DNA from: Bdellovibrionales bacterium
GTDB lineage: Bacteria; Bdellovibrionota; Bdellovibrionia; Bdellovibrionales; JAMPXM01
Direction of reading: 5' to 3'
DNA: 54,363 nucleotides
Assembly (NCBI GenBank): GCA_043739185.1
Contig: JAYUEN010000116.1
Coordinates: 1 to 54,363 of the forward strand
A program made the position numbers and the translations under genes. The notes below the pieces were generated by a model. It saw nothing but the letters and a program-made list of their open reading frames with translations, was not told where the DNA came from and ran no database searches. Shown one piece after another: positions 1 through 10,738 of the stretch (the first letter of the stretch is position 1; every line of letters starts with the position of its first letter).

Positions 1-2
1 TT

Positions 3-1265
3 CTTCTTGAGAGGCAATTGCAGCAAAAGTTGAAAGAGCAAAATGGCGAATCCGTCCTATATGAAATGGAACTTCCTTTAGTTCCTATTTTACTACAAAT
101 GGAGAGGGTCGGAATCAAACTCGACTTTGAACTGCTCAAGAATGAAAGTTTAAATCTAGCTAAAGAAATCAAAGTCTTGGATCAGCAAATTCAAGAGCTC
201 GCGGGATGTGAGTTTAATGTCGCGAGTCCAAAACAATTGGCTCAAGTGATGTTTGAAAAAATGAAATTGCCATCAGGTAAAAAAACAAAAACCGGATTTT
301 CAACAAACAATGATGTTCTTGAGAAACTTGCGTTGGAGCATCCGATTGCTGATTATGTTTTAAAGTATCGTGAATTTAGTAAACTGAAATCAACCTACGT
401 TGATGCCTTACCGGCAATAGCCGATCAAAAAACCCATAGGGTGCATACAACTTTTAACCAAGCCCTTACTATGACCGGACGGCTTTCTAGCACGAATCCG
501 AATCTACAAAATATTCCGATTCGCACGGAACGTGGTCAGATGATTCGGCGAGCATTTGTAGCAGAAAATGGACATTGCTTGGTGTCCGCAGATTATAGCC
601 AAATTGAATTACGAATTCTCGCACAAATTTCTGGAGATGAAGGACTGATCAATGCTTTTGAAAAAGACCTTGATATTCATACCGCAACTGCCAGCGAGAT
701 TTTTTCAGTTTCACTTGAAAACGTAAATTCTGATATGCGCCGTAAGGCAAAGGCCGTCAATTTTGGATTGGCATATGGACAAGGGGCGGTTGGTCTGTCT
801 GAAAGCTTGAAAATTCCGAGGAAAGAAGCGGCCGAAATTGTAACTAGATATTTTCAAAGATTTCCTAAAGTGAAATCTTATATGCAAGAAATTGTTGAGA
901 CGGCAAAGTCCCAGGGCTATGTCGAAAGTATCTTTGGTCGCAGGCGGTATATTGATGAGCTTAAGTCGAGTAACGGCATGATTCGTAAGTTTGGGGAGCG
1001 GGCAGCGATCAATGCTCCCATGCAAGGCTCAGTAAGTGATTTAGTAAAAAAAGCAATGATTCAAGTTTACAAAAATGAACAGATAAATAATTTGGGTGCT
1101 CTCATGCTTTTGCAAGTTCATGATGAATTGCTTTTTGAAGTGAAAACAGCCGCCGCAAGTGAGGTCGGTGCTGCCTGTAAAAAACAGATGGAGTCCGCTG
1201 TTGAGCTTCGTGTTCCCCTGAGGGCCGACGTTGCGATAGGGGCTAATTGGGACGAATTGCATTAG
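3..1265 (+). CDS. polA: DNA polymerase I, C-terminal polymerase domain (5'-truncated by the window edge)
   Basis: Family A motifs: TGRLSSTNPNLQNIP, ADYSQIELRILA, RRKAKAVNFGLAYG, LQVHDEL. The frame is open from base 3, so the real start lies upstream of the window. Confidence 0.97.
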   Translation, partial: LLERQLQQKLKEQNGESVLYEMELPLVPILLQMERVGIKLDFELLKNESLNLAKEIKVLDQQIQELAGCEFNVASPKQLAQVMFEKMKLPSGKKTKTGFSTNNDVLEKLALEHPIADYVLKYREFSKLKSTYVDALPAIADQKTHRVHTTFNQALTMTGRLSSTNPNLQNIPIRTERGQMIRRAFVAENGHCLVSADYSQIELRILAQISGDEGLINAFEKDLDIHTATASEIFSVSLENVNSDMRRKAKAVNFGLAYGQGAVGLSESLKIPRKEAAEIVTRYFQRFPKVKSYMQEIVETAKSQGYVESIFGRRRYIDELKSSNGMIRKFGERAAINAPMQGSVSDLVKKAMIQVYKNEQINNLGALMLLQVHDELLFEVKTAAASEVGAACKKQMESAVELRVPLRADVAIGANWDELH

Positions 1266-1295
1266 CCCGCTTGCTCAAATGTAACCAAATTCAGA

Positions 1296-1940
1296 TTAAA
1301 ACTTTTCCCAGCCGGCAACTCTTCCGGCTTCAAAGTAAATGATCTTTTTTTCAGAAAGATAGCCATCCGGACTTGAAACGTGTTTTGTATAGCGCCATCT
1401 TGCATTGCCGTACAAAGGATCGCCTGCGACTTCAACCATTTCTGGGTCGCCCCAACTGTGACGAACAGCTTTTTCGGTCATTCCTATCACGATATCTTCT
1501 GAGTCAATTGCCTCTTGAATCTCGCCAGAAAATTTCTCGCCGTCGAGATACCCATGTGAAGAAAGCCAGCGGTCGCGTCCTTCAAGACTCGAGATCTCTA
1601 AAAACTGCATTCGCTCACGGTCCGACTTCATAATTGGTTTATATTTGTAATACTGTTCTCGTTCTTTTTTACTTGCTAAAGTCTTTTCGGCCCGTCTTAA
1701 GCTCATTCGATCTTCTAGATTTCGACGTTCGGCATCGGTCAGAATTCGGTTCGCGGAGTATCCCAATTCCTTGGCTGTTTCTTCAGTCTTCATATTTCGC
1801 TGTTCAAATTTATCCCTAGCAAATTCGGTATCGTAATCGTTTGTATTTGAGCGATAGTTGCTTTGATTGGATCTTTGAAAGCTGCTACAGCCATTTAAGA
1901 CAATGGTCGAGATCAATAAGAAGAAGATGTTCTTTTGCAT
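1296..1940 (-). CDS. Lipoprotein with C-terminal SmpA/OmlA(BamE)-like domain
   Basis: Signal peptide MQKNIFFLLISTIVLNG-C (lipobox LNGC), GGAG ahead of the ATG at 1940, and a C-terminal IGMTEKAVRHSWGDP...W.Y...IYF..GRV pattern. Confidence 0.7.
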   Translation of the reverse strand: MQKNIFFLLISTIVLNGCSSFQRSNQSNYRSNTNDYDTEFARDKFEQRNMKTEETAKELGYSANRILTDAERRNLEDRMSLRRAEKTLASKKEREQYYKYKPIMKSDRERMQFLEISSLEGRDRWLSSHGYLDGEKFSGEIQEAIDSEDIVIGMTEKAVRHSWGDPEMVEVAGDPLYGNARWRYTKHVSSPDGYLSEKKIIYFEAGRVAGWEKF

Positions 1941-2051
1941 AAAAAACTCCTTTTTGTCATGCAAATCAGCCTGGCTCTAGAGGTGGTATCGGCAAAAACA
2001 GATGATCAATGAAATGCTTTTTTGAAATAAATCTGTAATACTTAAAACTAA

Positions 2052-3047
2052 ATGGTAGACGAGGAACAAAAAAAACCAGTCGATGAAAAGATCGCGGCCC
2101 AAGAGGGCCCGGCAGCAACTCCTCCCCCAACGGGTGGGGACGACGAAGTCATCGACTTTGATCCGGACGATGTTGATCGTGTTTTAGCTGAAGAAGACCC
2201 CGAATTCGCCGAAGAACTTAAAGAAATTCAAAACGCTGAATTCAAGACTGATGTTGCCATTGCCTCGGTCGATATTGAAGCCTTTCTAAAAGAAGGCGAA
2301 ACCATCAAGACAAAACAGGCGGAAGAGGAGCGTCCCAGCCTAAAAGAGAGAGTTCAGGCTGGCTATGCGCACTATCACGCGCGTATTTCAAAAATAATAG
2401 ATGATTTTCAAAACGCAGGACTTAAAACATTTCAAGTAGCGGGTCACTTTTTACTCAAAATCATTAAGCAAATTTTTAAATATAGTCTTGGTGCAATTGC
2501 AACATTTCTAAAATTTCTTTTGAATTTACCGACCAGAATTAAATTGCAGATTTTGTCTGTAATGCTTCTTTTAGGAGCTTCTGCCCTGAGTATTGTTATG
2601 AGTCTAAAGGGGCATTTTTTACCGCAGATGAGACATGAGTACATTACTGGTTTTACTGAGTACGCCGATGAGACTTTTGAATACAAAGCCACCGAGCGCA
2701 GAGAATCTTTTGAAAGTGCAAATCGTCATCCCGAGCATATGTTTGAATTTGAAAAAGTAGTTGTGAATTTGAAGGATCCCCAAGGGGGAGAGCATTTGCC
2801 AATGGGATTGTTTGAATTTTACATTGAAATGAATTCGCAAGAGGCAACTGTCGAAATGAGTGAGCGCAAGACAGAAGCAAAGCATATTATTGAACGGGTG
2901 CTAGAACAATTAACCTACAAAGAGCTTATTTCTCAGCACGGGAAAAACAAATTGAAATTTATTGTCAGAAAAGAGTTAAATGACTTTTTGAGTAAAACTC
3001 ACCACGTCCGTCAAGTTTACATCAAAACTTTTGTTCTGAAGCCGTGA
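2052..3047 (+). CDS. fliL: FliL-family membrane protein with long acidic N-terminal extension
   Basis: TM helix near aa 165-185 followed by a FliL-like C-terminus (VVVNLKD...LTYKELISQHGKNKLKFIVRKELNDFL...VRQVYIKTFVL). Confidence 0.65.
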   Translation: MVDEEQKKPVDEKIAAQEGPAATPPPTGGDDEVIDFDPDDVDRVLAEEDPEFAEELKEIQNAEFKTDVAIASVDIEAFLKEGETIKTKQAEEERPSLKERVQAGYAHYHARISKIIDDFQNAGLKTFQVAGHFLLKIIKQIFKYSLGAIATFLKFLLNLPTRIKLQILSVMLLLGASALSIVMSLKGHFLPQMRHEYITGFTEYADETFEYKATERRESFESANRHPEHMFEFEKVVVNLKDPQGGEHLPMGLFEFYIEMNSQEATVEMSERKTEAKHIIERVLEQLTYKELISQHGKNKLKFIVRKELNDFLSKTHHVRQVYIKTFVLKP

Positions 3048-3075
3048 ATTTCCTAAACATACTTTGGGTCGCATT

Positions 3076-4362
3076 TTAGGTTTTCAAAGACTGTATCAGT
3101 AAATCAATATCTATATTGTATGATTTTATGCGATCATTTAAAGTACTTTTCGGCAACCCCAAGTCCTCTGCGGTACGTCGCTGATTTCCGGCATTGGCAA
3201 TCAAACTTTGAATAATCATATTTCTTTCGATGTCTTTTATGAGAGGGCCTTGAGATTTAAAGTTTTGCAGCGCCATTAAATTCGCATTTTCGGCCTGTGG
3301 CTTATCGACTAGCTCTTCAATTAGTTCCGGCTGAATGTGCATTCCGGGAAAATAAGCTGCCGCTCGGGCAACTACATTTTTGAGTTCGCGAACATTTCCG
3401 GGCCAAGTATGTTGTTTGAGCTTGAGTATGGCATTGAATGAAAAGCGAACGCGATAGAATTTTGCAAAACTATAAAGTAAATCGTCAAAGTCTTCCATGC
3501 GATCGATAAGAGCAGGCGCTTGAAGATGGCAAACATTGAGACGAAAATAAAGGTCCTCACGGAATAATTTCTGTTGAACATTACTTACGAGATTTTTGTG
3601 AGTGGCGGCGATAATGCGAACATTGGTCTTTATGCTTTTGTCAGAGCCAACGCTGCGAATTTCATGATTTTCAAGGGCCCGAAGCAATTTGGGTTGAAGC
3701 GAAGTCGGGAGGTCTCCGATTTCGTCTAGAAATAAACTGCCACCTCTTGCTGACTCAAAAGCACCTTTTCTGTCGTCCGTCGCACCAGTAAAACTGCCCT
3801 TTTTGTGTCCAAAGAGCTCACTTTCAATAAGGCTTTCAGAAAGAGCACTACAGTTGATGCTAATCATTGGACCCAATTTTCGATTTGAAGCCTTGTGAAT
3901 CCAGTTGGCCAGAATTTCTTTGCCTGAGCCAGAGGGGCCAGTGATCAAAACCGGAAAATCCGTAGCCGCAAAAGCTGGGGCTCTTTGAAGTTGTTGATTC
4001 CAACGGCTGTTTCGAGAACTCAAGGCTAGACTTTCATTTGGGGTCTCGGCAAAGAGAAAGCTACTTTCGCCAAATTGAATTAAATCGTTGATTCTCAAAT
4101 TGGCCTCGAGAACTCTTGAGTCGTTCAAATAAGTGCCGTTGCGACTTTGCAAATCCCTAAGGACAAAGCTTTGCCCCCTTTTTTCAATACGCGCGTGGCG
4201 GCCTGAGATAAAGGGATCGTTTAAGCACAAGTGATTTTGAGGATCTCTGCCGATGGTGAAATACTCCTTAAGCTCGATTGCGGCGCACTGACTCCGGGCT
4301 ATTGGCAGTAAAAAGGCAAAAGGCTGAGGTTTTTCTTCTAGCAAAATTTTTTCGGTTTCCAT
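3076..4362 (-). CDS. FHA-domain sigma54-dependent transcriptional activator (FHA-AAA+-Fis HTH)
   Basis: FHA motifs IGR, SGRHA, SRNGT; Walker A GPSGSGKE; ESELFGHKKGSFTGA; LFLDEIG; WPGNVREL; C-terminal HTH. Confidence 0.92.
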   Translation of the reverse strand: METEKILLEEKPQPFAFLLPIARSQCAAIELKEYFTIGRDPQNHLCLNDPFISGRHARIEKRGQSFVLRDLQSRNGTYLNDSRVLEANLRINDLIQFGESSFLFAETPNESLALSSRNSRWNQQLQRAPAFAATDFPVLITGPSGSGKEILANWIHKASNRKLGPMISINCSALSESLIESELFGHKKGSFTGATDDRKGAFESARGGSLFLDEIGDLPTSLQPKLLRALENHEIRSVGSDKSIKTNVRIIAATHKNLVSNVQQKLFREDLYFRLNVCHLQAPALIDRMEDFDDLLYSFAKFYRVRFSFNAILKLKQHTWPGNVRELKNVVARAAAYFPGMHIQPELIEELVDKPQAENANLMALQNFKSQGPLIKDIERNMIIQSLIANAGNQRRTAEDLGLPKSTLNDRIKSYNIDIDLLIQSLKT

Positions 4363-4598
4363 ATGGCATCCCCCTGTTTGGACTAGGGGTATTCAATTCC
4401 TAAGCCGATTTCAAGATGGCTTTAATTGGCTTTGGAGCTTGAAATTGTTCGAAATTCAGATTTTTAATTCTATTTTTCGAAAATTAAGAAAGTTTTTGGG
4501 ATTCAAAAGGCAAAGAGTGCTTGAAAGAAAAACTGAAATGTTTCGAGCAATGCGAAATCTGATATGATCAGTAGGCGAGCTGTGGTAAGAGCATTTCT

Positions 4599-5216
4599 AT
4601 GCAAGCAAAGTTTATAAAAAGCGCAACAAATTTAAGAGATTGTCCTCAGGATCGAATGCCAGAGATAGCCTTTATGGGTAGATCTAACGCGGGTAAGTCG
4701 AGTCTTTTAAATGCGCTCGCAAATCAAAAAAAATTGGCAATGGTGAGCGCCTCACCCGGAAAAACCAGACTTCTTAATTTTTTCGATGTGGATGGTAAAT
4801 ATCGAATTGTAGATCTTCCGGGTTACGGATTCGCGGCCAGAAGCGCTGAGGAACGCAGTCAGTGGAGTGAAATGGTTGAGGGTTTTTTGACCGCAAGACG
4901 AAATTTGGTTGGCTCACTTTTAATTATGGACATTCGTCGAGACTGGACCCTTGATGAAACCCATCTTTTAGAGTGGCTGCTCTCGAGGGACTTGCCAATG
5001 GCAGTGGCGCTAACAAAATCTGACAAACTGGGAAAGTCTGATATAGCAAAGCGAAAGTCAAAGCTTGTGAGTGATCTTAAAAAGCTAAACTATGTTTCGG
5101 CCGAGGTGTTTATAGCTTCATCCCTTAAAAAGTTGGGTTGTAAGGAAATCGAGGATTTCATTTATAAATCTTGGATAAAAGACAATCGAAAAGTGAAAGT
5201 ATCTGAAGATTTTTAA
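4599..5216 (+). CDS. engB: Ribosome biogenesis GTPase EngB/YihA/YsxC
   Basis: GRSNAGKSS, PGKT, DLPGYG and TKSDK motifs. Confidence 0.95.
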   Translation: MQAKFIKSATNLRDCPQDRMPEIAFMGRSNAGKSSLLNALANQKKLAMVSASPGKTRLLNFFDVDGKYRIVDLPGYGFAARSAEERSQWSEMVEGFLTARRNLVGSLLIMDIRRDWTLDETHLLEWLLSRDLPMAVALTKSDKLGKSDIAKRKSKLVSDLKKLNYVSAEVFIASSLKKLGCKEIEDFIYKSWIKDNRKVKVSEDF

Positions 5217-5328
5217 TTGGGCACAAAGTACTCGTATCATGACCCTAGTATTAAAATCGTCTTCTTTCGGGCGAGTTTGATAACGCAATACTTCTTAAGT
5301 CGGCGCTTAAAAATTTGAGCTTCGGGGT

Positions 5329-5358
5329 TTGCCAAATCGACGCCTTCTCAAGTAGTCT
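5329..5358 (+). promoter_or_regulatory. Putative sigma70 promoter of kdsB-pyrG-kdsD
   Basis: TTGCCA-N18-TAGTCT, 38 bp upstream of the kdsB ATG. Confidence 0.35.
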
Positions 5359-5396
5359 AGGCCTGTGCAAAATCCACATTTAGTTCGAGTTGAAAA

Positions 5397-6146
5397 ATGA
5401 TTGTCTATGGTGTTATTCCGGCACGATTTGCATCGACGCGTTTTCCGGGGAAGCCTCTCGAATTAATCAATGGTCAGCCTTTGCTCAGTTGGGTCGTTCA
5501 GGCCGCTAAAAAGTCAGCAAAAATTCAAAAAGTTTTAGTAGCCACAGATGATAGTCGAATTGCCGAAGTCGCAAGTCGCGAAAATGTTGAGGTCGTCATG
5601 ACCGACGCAAATTTGGCGACAGGTACTGATCGTGTTTGGAAGGCAATTGAAAATAAAAATGTCGACGCGGTTATAAACATTCAAGGTGACGAGCCGCTAT
5701 TGCAGGCGTCGCAGTTGGATGCTCTTATCGCTTGTTTTGAAAATGATGAAAAATTGCAAATGGCAACGCTTGGACGAAAATTAGATGCGGAGTCTTTGGC
5801 CTCGCCCAATACGGCAAAGATTATTTTGAATCATAATGACGAAGCTATTTACTTCAGTCGATTTGCAATTCCCTATTCACGAGAGAAATTTGATGAAACT
5901 TTCGAAGTCGCTTTAAAACATATTGGTCTATATGCCTACAGAAAGAAATTTTTAGAAAGTTTTTGTAAGCAGGGGCCAGTGAAAATTGAAATCGCCGAGG
6001 GACTTGAGCAGCTTAGAGCCCTTTATTTAGGTGCCAAAATTAAAGTGGTGCGTGTGGATTCTGATAGTTGGGGTGTCGATATTCCAGTAGATGTTTTGAA
6101 AATTGAAAAGCTAATGCGGGAGAGAGGGATAAAATGTCCAAAGTAA
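5397..6146 (+). CDS. kdsB: 3-deoxy-manno-octulosonate cytidylyltransferase (CMP-Kdo synthetase)
   Basis: [41 protein letters not shown]. Confidence 0.96.
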   Translation: MIVYGVIPARFASTRFPGKPLELINGQPLLSWVVQAAKKSAKIQKVLVATDDSRIAEVASRENVEVVMTDANLATGTDRVWKAIENKNVDAVINIQGDEPLLQASQLDALIACFENDEKLQMATLGRKLDAESLASPNTAKIILNHNDEAIYFSRFAIPYSREKFDETFEVALKHIGLYAYRKKFLESFCKQGPVKIEIAEGLEQLRALYLGAKIKVVRVDSDSWGVDIPVDVLKIEKLMRERGIKCPK

Positions 6147-7888
6147 AAAAGACAAAAGTAAATTTCGTTTCGAAAAAAACGCGACGTGATCCTGAACTAA
6201 AGCAGAAATTTATTTTTGTTACGGGCGGAGTGGTCTCCTCTATTGGTAAGGGTCTAACAGCGGCGAGCTTAGGTACATTGCTTGAAGCTCGCGGTCTCAA
6301 AATTACCCTGATGAAATTTGATCCGTATTTGAATGTCGATCCCGGGACCATGTCGCCACTACAACATGGTGAAGTTTATGTGACCGAAGATGGGGCCGAA
6401 ACCGATTTGGACTTAGGACATTACGAGAGGTTTACTTCTATAACCGTGCATAGATCCAATTCGGTAACGACCGGGCAGGTTTATGAACAGGTCATTAGCA
6501 AAGAGCGTAGAGGCGACTATTTAGGTGGAACAGTACAAGTCATTCCGCACATTACGGATGAAATAAAATCGCGAATGTTTGCGGCAGCTCAAGGAGCGGA
6601 AGTAGCAATTGTTGAAATCGGGGGCACTGTCGGAGATATTGAAAGTCTTCCTTTTATGGAGGCAATTCGACAGATGCGAGTTGATTTGGGGGATGAAAAT
6701 ACCCTTTTTGTCCATGTGACCTATGTTCCCTATATTGCTGCGGCGGGAGAGCTAAAAAGCAAACCAACCCAGCACTCGGTTAAAGAACTACGCGAAATTG
6801 GAATCCAGCCTGATTTTTTAATTTGCAGAAGCGAGAGACCTTTGAATAGCGAGATTAAATCCAAAATTGGATTGTTTTGCAGCGTGCGGCCGGACAATGT
6901 CATTGGGGCTTATGACTGCGAGAGTATCTATGAGGTCCCACTCATGTTATTCAATGAACGCTTTGATGAAAGAGTTGTACAACGGCTTCGAATACCAACC
7001 GATTCTCCTGATTTAAGGGGATGGCAGCGCACCGTCGAGATATTGAAAAATCCTTCGCGAAAAGTATCCATTGGTGTGGTTGGGAAATATGTTGATTTGA
7101 AAGAGAGTTACAAATCCCTTGGTGAAGCCATGGTACATGGCGGAATCGCAAATCAAGCGAAAGTCGATATTATTTATGTCGACTCAGAGGGCTTAACTGC
7201 AAAAAATATTGATAAGGTTTTATGTGATGTGGATGGAATTTTAGTTCCCGGAGGATTCGGAGAGCGCGGCGCCGAAGGAAAAATGCTGGCGATTCGCTAC
7301 GCTCGTGAAAGAAAAATTCCATTTTTTGGAATATGTTTTGGAATGCAACTCGCGGCAATTGAGTTCGCCAAACACGTTTGCGGAATAAAAGATGCGACTT
7401 CAAGTGAGTTTGTGAATGCCGCTGATCAGAAAAAATCAAGAAACCTTGTCATTGATTTTATGAATGAACAGCGAACTATTCAGGATAAAGGTGGGACGAT
7501 GAGGCTAGGGGTTTACCCTTGCAATTTAAAGTTAAACTCAAAAGCGCGCCAAGTTTACGGCGTAGACCTGGTGAATGAACGCCATCGACATCGTTATGAG
7601 TTTAATAATAAATTTCGTTCGATCTTCGAAAAGAATGGAATGCAATTGTCCGGAATTTGCCAAAGTCGAGATCTTGTTGAAATAATCGAATTGCCAAGTC
7701 ATCCGTGGTTTGTCGGCGTGCAGTTTCACCCTGAATTTAAGTCTCGTCCTCTCAAGCCGCATCCACTCTTTCAAAGTTTCATTGAAGCGGCGATGAAATT
7801 CAAGAAGGCTACAAAGCATTCACTTGGGAAATCAGACAAGACAGCAATCGCGAGGGGCTCAACTGAAATGCGGGCCCAAAAAGTTTAA
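6134..7888 (+). CDS. pyrG: CTP synthase
   Basis: [31 protein letters not shown] (catalytic Cys), [13 protein letters not shown]. Basic N- and C-terminal extensions. Confidence 0.98.
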   Translation: MSKVKKTKVNFVSKKTRRDPELKQKFIFVTGGVVSSIGKGLTAASLGTLLEARGLKITLMKFDPYLNVDPGTMSPLQHGEVYVTEDGAETDLDLGHYERFTSITVHRSNSVTTGQVYEQVISKERRGDYLGGTVQVIPHITDEIKSRMFAAAQGAEVAIVEIGGTVGDIESLPFMEAIRQMRVDLGDENTLFVHVTYVPYIAAAGELKSKPTQHSVKELREIGIQPDFLICRSERPLNSEIKSKIGLFCSVRPDNVIGAYDCESIYEVPLMLFNERFDERVVQRLRIPTDSPDLRGWQRTVEILKNPSRKVSIGVVGKYVDLKESYKSLGEAMVHGGIANQAKVDIIYVDSEGLTAKNIDKVLCDVDGILVPGGFGERGAEGKMLAIRYARERKIPFFGICFGMQLAAIEFAKHVCGIKDATSSEFVNAADQKKSRNLVIDFMNEQRTIQDKGGTMRLGVYPCNLKLNSKARQVYGVDLVNERHRHRYEFNNKFRSIFEKNGMQLSGICQSRDLVEIIELPSHPWFVGVQFHPEFKSRPLKPHPLFQSFIEAAMKFKKATKHSLGKSDKTAIARGSTEMRAQKV

Positions 7889-8880
7889 TGGAGCGTAAAA
7901 TGCACAAAGACATTATAGAGGCCGGTAGAGTTTTGGATATTGAATCGGCAGCTATTCAAGATTTAAAAATGCGCTTGGATGAAAGTTTTGTGCAGGCCGT
8001 AGAGAAAATCTACGGAACCAAGGGTAAAATTATTGTGACCGGCATTGGTAAATCTGGCCATGTGGGAAGAAAAATTTCGAGCACTTTGAGTTCGACCGGA
8101 ACTCCGTCCATTTTTTTACATCCAGCAGAGAGTTCACATGGCGATTTGGGAGTGGTATCCGAAAGTGATTTGATTATCGCCATCAGTTACGGAGGCGAAA
8201 CCCCTGAGCTTCAAGACATTGCAAAATTTGCTGCGCGAAAAAGTATAAGTTTAATTTTGGTTACTGGCCACAAGCAGTCCTCTTTGGCGCGAGCGGCTGA
8301 GATAATTTTAGATGTCAGTGTTAAAGAAGAAGCTTGTCCTTTAAAGCTTGCTCCAACCTCAAGTAGTACTGTGACGCTGGCCCTTGGTGACGCCATTGCC
8401 ATGGCCTTATTAAAGCGCCGCGGTTTTAAAGAAGAAGATTTTGCACAATTTCATCCGGGTGGAAGTCTTGGCCGAAGATTGCTCACGCGCGTGCAAGATG
8501 TGATGCATTCGGGAGAAGCTTTGGCTCTAGTTAAAGAACTGACCAATATGCGAGAAGTGCTTGCGCTCATGACTCAAAAAGAAGTGCGCGGAATTGCTGG
8601 CGTGGTCAACGAAGAAGGTGGATTGATTGGGGCAATTACCGACGGAGATATTAGGCGGCGGCTTGAAAAGAGCCATAATCCACTTGCGGATGTTGCGAAA
8701 GATCTTATGAGTAAAAATCCCAAAACCGTAGAGGCTGGTGAGCTCGCTGAAAAAGCTTTGTTTATGATGGAGCAATTTCGAATTCAAAACTTATTTGTCA
8801 TCAAACGAGATGCGGAAAACTCGACAAAAGTCATAGGTATTTTACATTTGCAAGATTTGCTGCAGGCAAAGTTAAGATAA
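7888..8880 (+). CDS. kdsD: Arabinose-5-phosphate isomerase KdsD/KpsF/GutQ (SIS + CBS pair)
   Basis: GIGKSGHVG, HGDLG, EACPLKLAPTSS, FHPGGSLG, TDGDIRR. Confidence 0.95.
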   Translation: MERKMHKDIIEAGRVLDIESAAIQDLKMRLDESFVQAVEKIYGTKGKIIVTGIGKSGHVGRKISSTLSSTGTPSIFLHPAESSHGDLGVVSESDLIIAISYGGETPELQDIAKFAARKSISLILVTGHKQSSLARAAEIILDVSVKEEACPLKLAPTSSSTVTLALGDAIAMALLKRRGFKEEDFAQFHPGGSLGRRLLTRVQDVMHSGEALALVKELTNMREVLALMTQKEVRGIAGVVNEEGGLIGAITDGDIRRRLEKSHNPLADVAKDLMSKNPKTVEAGELAEKALFMMEQFRIQNLFVIKRDAENSTKVIGILHLQDLLQAKLR

Positions 8881-9157
8881 ATTTTCTGATGATCACGAAT
8901 ATCGTAGTGCGAGCTTCTGTGCGTTGAAAGTCTATGCAGAAAGTTTCGCATATATAGTCCGTAACGATAAATCATGGGCATACCTTGCCTGCTTAAAATC
9001 TCTGCGCAAACTATCCCCATTATTTATTGATACGGACCATCTTTTAATTTTCAAACTTCTAGCTAAAGGTTGAGTCCGCATTCGATAAATGGTTGCGACA
9101 TGACCGACTTTACTGCAACATAAATGAGGAGCTTTCTTTTTTAATGTAGTCTTACTT

Positions 9158-9925
9158 GTGGATTCAACTATGTTTTTTTCAGCTAAACAAAACTCCAGGC
9201 AAATCTTTGCACGTGTTTCGGCCATTTTCTTTTTAGTTTCGGCCGTTGCTTTGCAGGCACGTGCAGATCGAGTGCAGTTTCCAGACGAAGAATTGGCAAC
9301 CGAGTCCGTTTTGCCGGTATTTGATCAGGCGCAAGCGGTGCGCAATCGATTGGTCCAATTGTCTGGGCGGTTTGAGTTGGGGGTCGGCGGAAGTTACGAT
9401 TTGATTGAGCCATTTTTCAATCCCTACGGCTTCAATCTAAATGCCACCTATAATTTTACTGAAGAACACGGCATCAACGTATTTTACAATTATTATATGG
9501 GCGGAAATACATCCTACGTTGGGCAACTCAATAATATTCCGAATACTTCGAGTAAATTTAATTTGCAGAATGCTCCTGCTCCCGCTTATCAATTTTTGAT
9601 TAACTATCAGTATACTGCGTTTTACGGAAAGTTGAGCCTAGCTAAAGATATGGTAATGAATTTATCTCTGTTTGGATTTGCAGGAGCGGGTGGTTCTCAG
9701 ATCGGCGATTCGCTCAACCCCACTCTCGATGTTGGGCTCGGACAAAAATTTTATTTCAATGCAAATCACGCTTTCAGATTTGACTTAAGATTTAACTTTT
9801 ATCAGGGGCCTGATGTCGTGAGCTCTACCATTCCGGCTACAGGCGGAACGGTAAGCGCCGGGAATTTTTCAAAACGGCTTTATATTGGGTCGTTGTTATC
9901 TGTTTCATATGTTTATTTGTTTTAA
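9158..9925 (+). CDS. Outer-membrane beta-barrel protein, GltA/GltB-like (gliding cluster)
   Basis: Signal peptide ending ARA, alternating beta-strand pattern, YGK motif, terminal aromatic F; first gene of the glt cluster. Start may be the ATG at 9170. Confidence 0.75.
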   Translation: MDSTMFFSAKQNSRQIFARVSAIFFLVSAVALQARADRVQFPDEELATESVLPVFDQAQAVRNRLVQLSGRFELGVGGSYDLIEPFFNPYGFNLNATYNFTEEHGINVFYNYYMGGNTSYVGQLNNIPNTSSKFNLQNAPAPAYQFLINYQYTAFYGKLSLAKDMVMNLSLFGFAGAGGSQIGDSLNPTLDVGLGQKFYFNANHAFRFDLRFNFYQGPDVVSSTIPATGGTVSAGNFSKRLYIGSLLSVSYVYLF

Positions 9926-9937
9926 AGGACTTGCTGG

Positions 9938-10738
9938 ATGAAGATTATGGCATTTATCACAATCTTACTTTTAGTTTTGCTCGGCGCGCCTTTTTCTTTT
10001 GCGCAAGAAACAACCGATGAAACCGAAAGCTTTTTTAACAAGCAAGAAGAAGAGGCTAGTAAAGAGCCTACGATTCAAGAGAAAAAGGCTCAGCCGGAAG
10101 TTGATGTGAAAGCTTCAAAGGTCAGAGAAATTTCTGATTTAGGAAAGCTTGCGCCCTTTAAAGATATCGCAGTCATTCAAAAAAGATTTTTACCTAAAAC
10201 GGCTCGTTTTGAACTATTTGGAGCTCTTGGCAGTACGCTCAATGATGCGTTCTTTGTAGATGCTACAATCAATTTAAGGCTCGGATACTACTTTCAAGAA
10301 AGATACGGCGTCGAACTGAGTGTTATGGCCATTAATGCGAGCACGCGAAAAGTCACAGACTCTCTTGCGGATCGGGGAGTAACCACGGCAAGTTTGGTGA
10401 GCCCAAAAAGCTACTTTGGAGCGGATTTCAAATACACTCCAATTTACGGAAAGATGGCTCTCAACAATAAGCGTCTGACCCCTTTTGATATGTATTTCGC
10501 AGTTGGAGGCGGATCAACCACTACTAATAACGGAAGCTCGCCAACACTACATTTGGGCACAGGCCAAATATTTGCGATGAGCAAAAGTTTTGCCTTGCGC
10601 TGGGATTTCAGTTGGAATTTTTATCAAGCTACGACTTATCTTGATGCCGCACATACGGCGAGCTCCTCTTCGACCTTTAACAATTTGTTCGTATTGCTGG
10701 GTGCGAGTTTCTTCTTTCCGGAGGCAACTTACCGATGA
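9938..10738 (+). CDS. Outer-membrane beta-barrel protein, GltA/GltB-like (gliding cluster)
   Basis: Signal peptide (SFA-Q), VIQKRFLPK..RFEL, PIYGK, C-terminal GASFFFP; paralogous in pattern to the previous gene. Confidence 0.78.
   Translation: MKIMAFITILLLVLLGAPFSFAQETTDETESFFNKQEEEASKEPTIQEKKAQPEVDVKASKVREISDLGKLAPFKDIAVIQKRFLPKTARFELFGALGSTLNDAFFVDATINLRLGYYFQERYGVELSVMAINASTRKVTDSLADRGVTTASLVSPKSYFGADFKYTPIYGKMALNNKRLTPFDMYFAVGGGSTTTNNGSSPTLHLGTGQIFAMSKSFALRWDFSWNFYQATTYLDAAHTASSSSTFNNLFVLLGASFFFPEATYR

Noticed and set aside
1986..2012. Sigma28-like promoter (GCCGATAC on the minus strand) for the lipoprotein gene
   Set aside because: The -10 is good but there is no convincing TAAA-type -35 at the right spacing. 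The GCCGATAA at 29502-29509 lies in the metK coding end and was rejected likewise.
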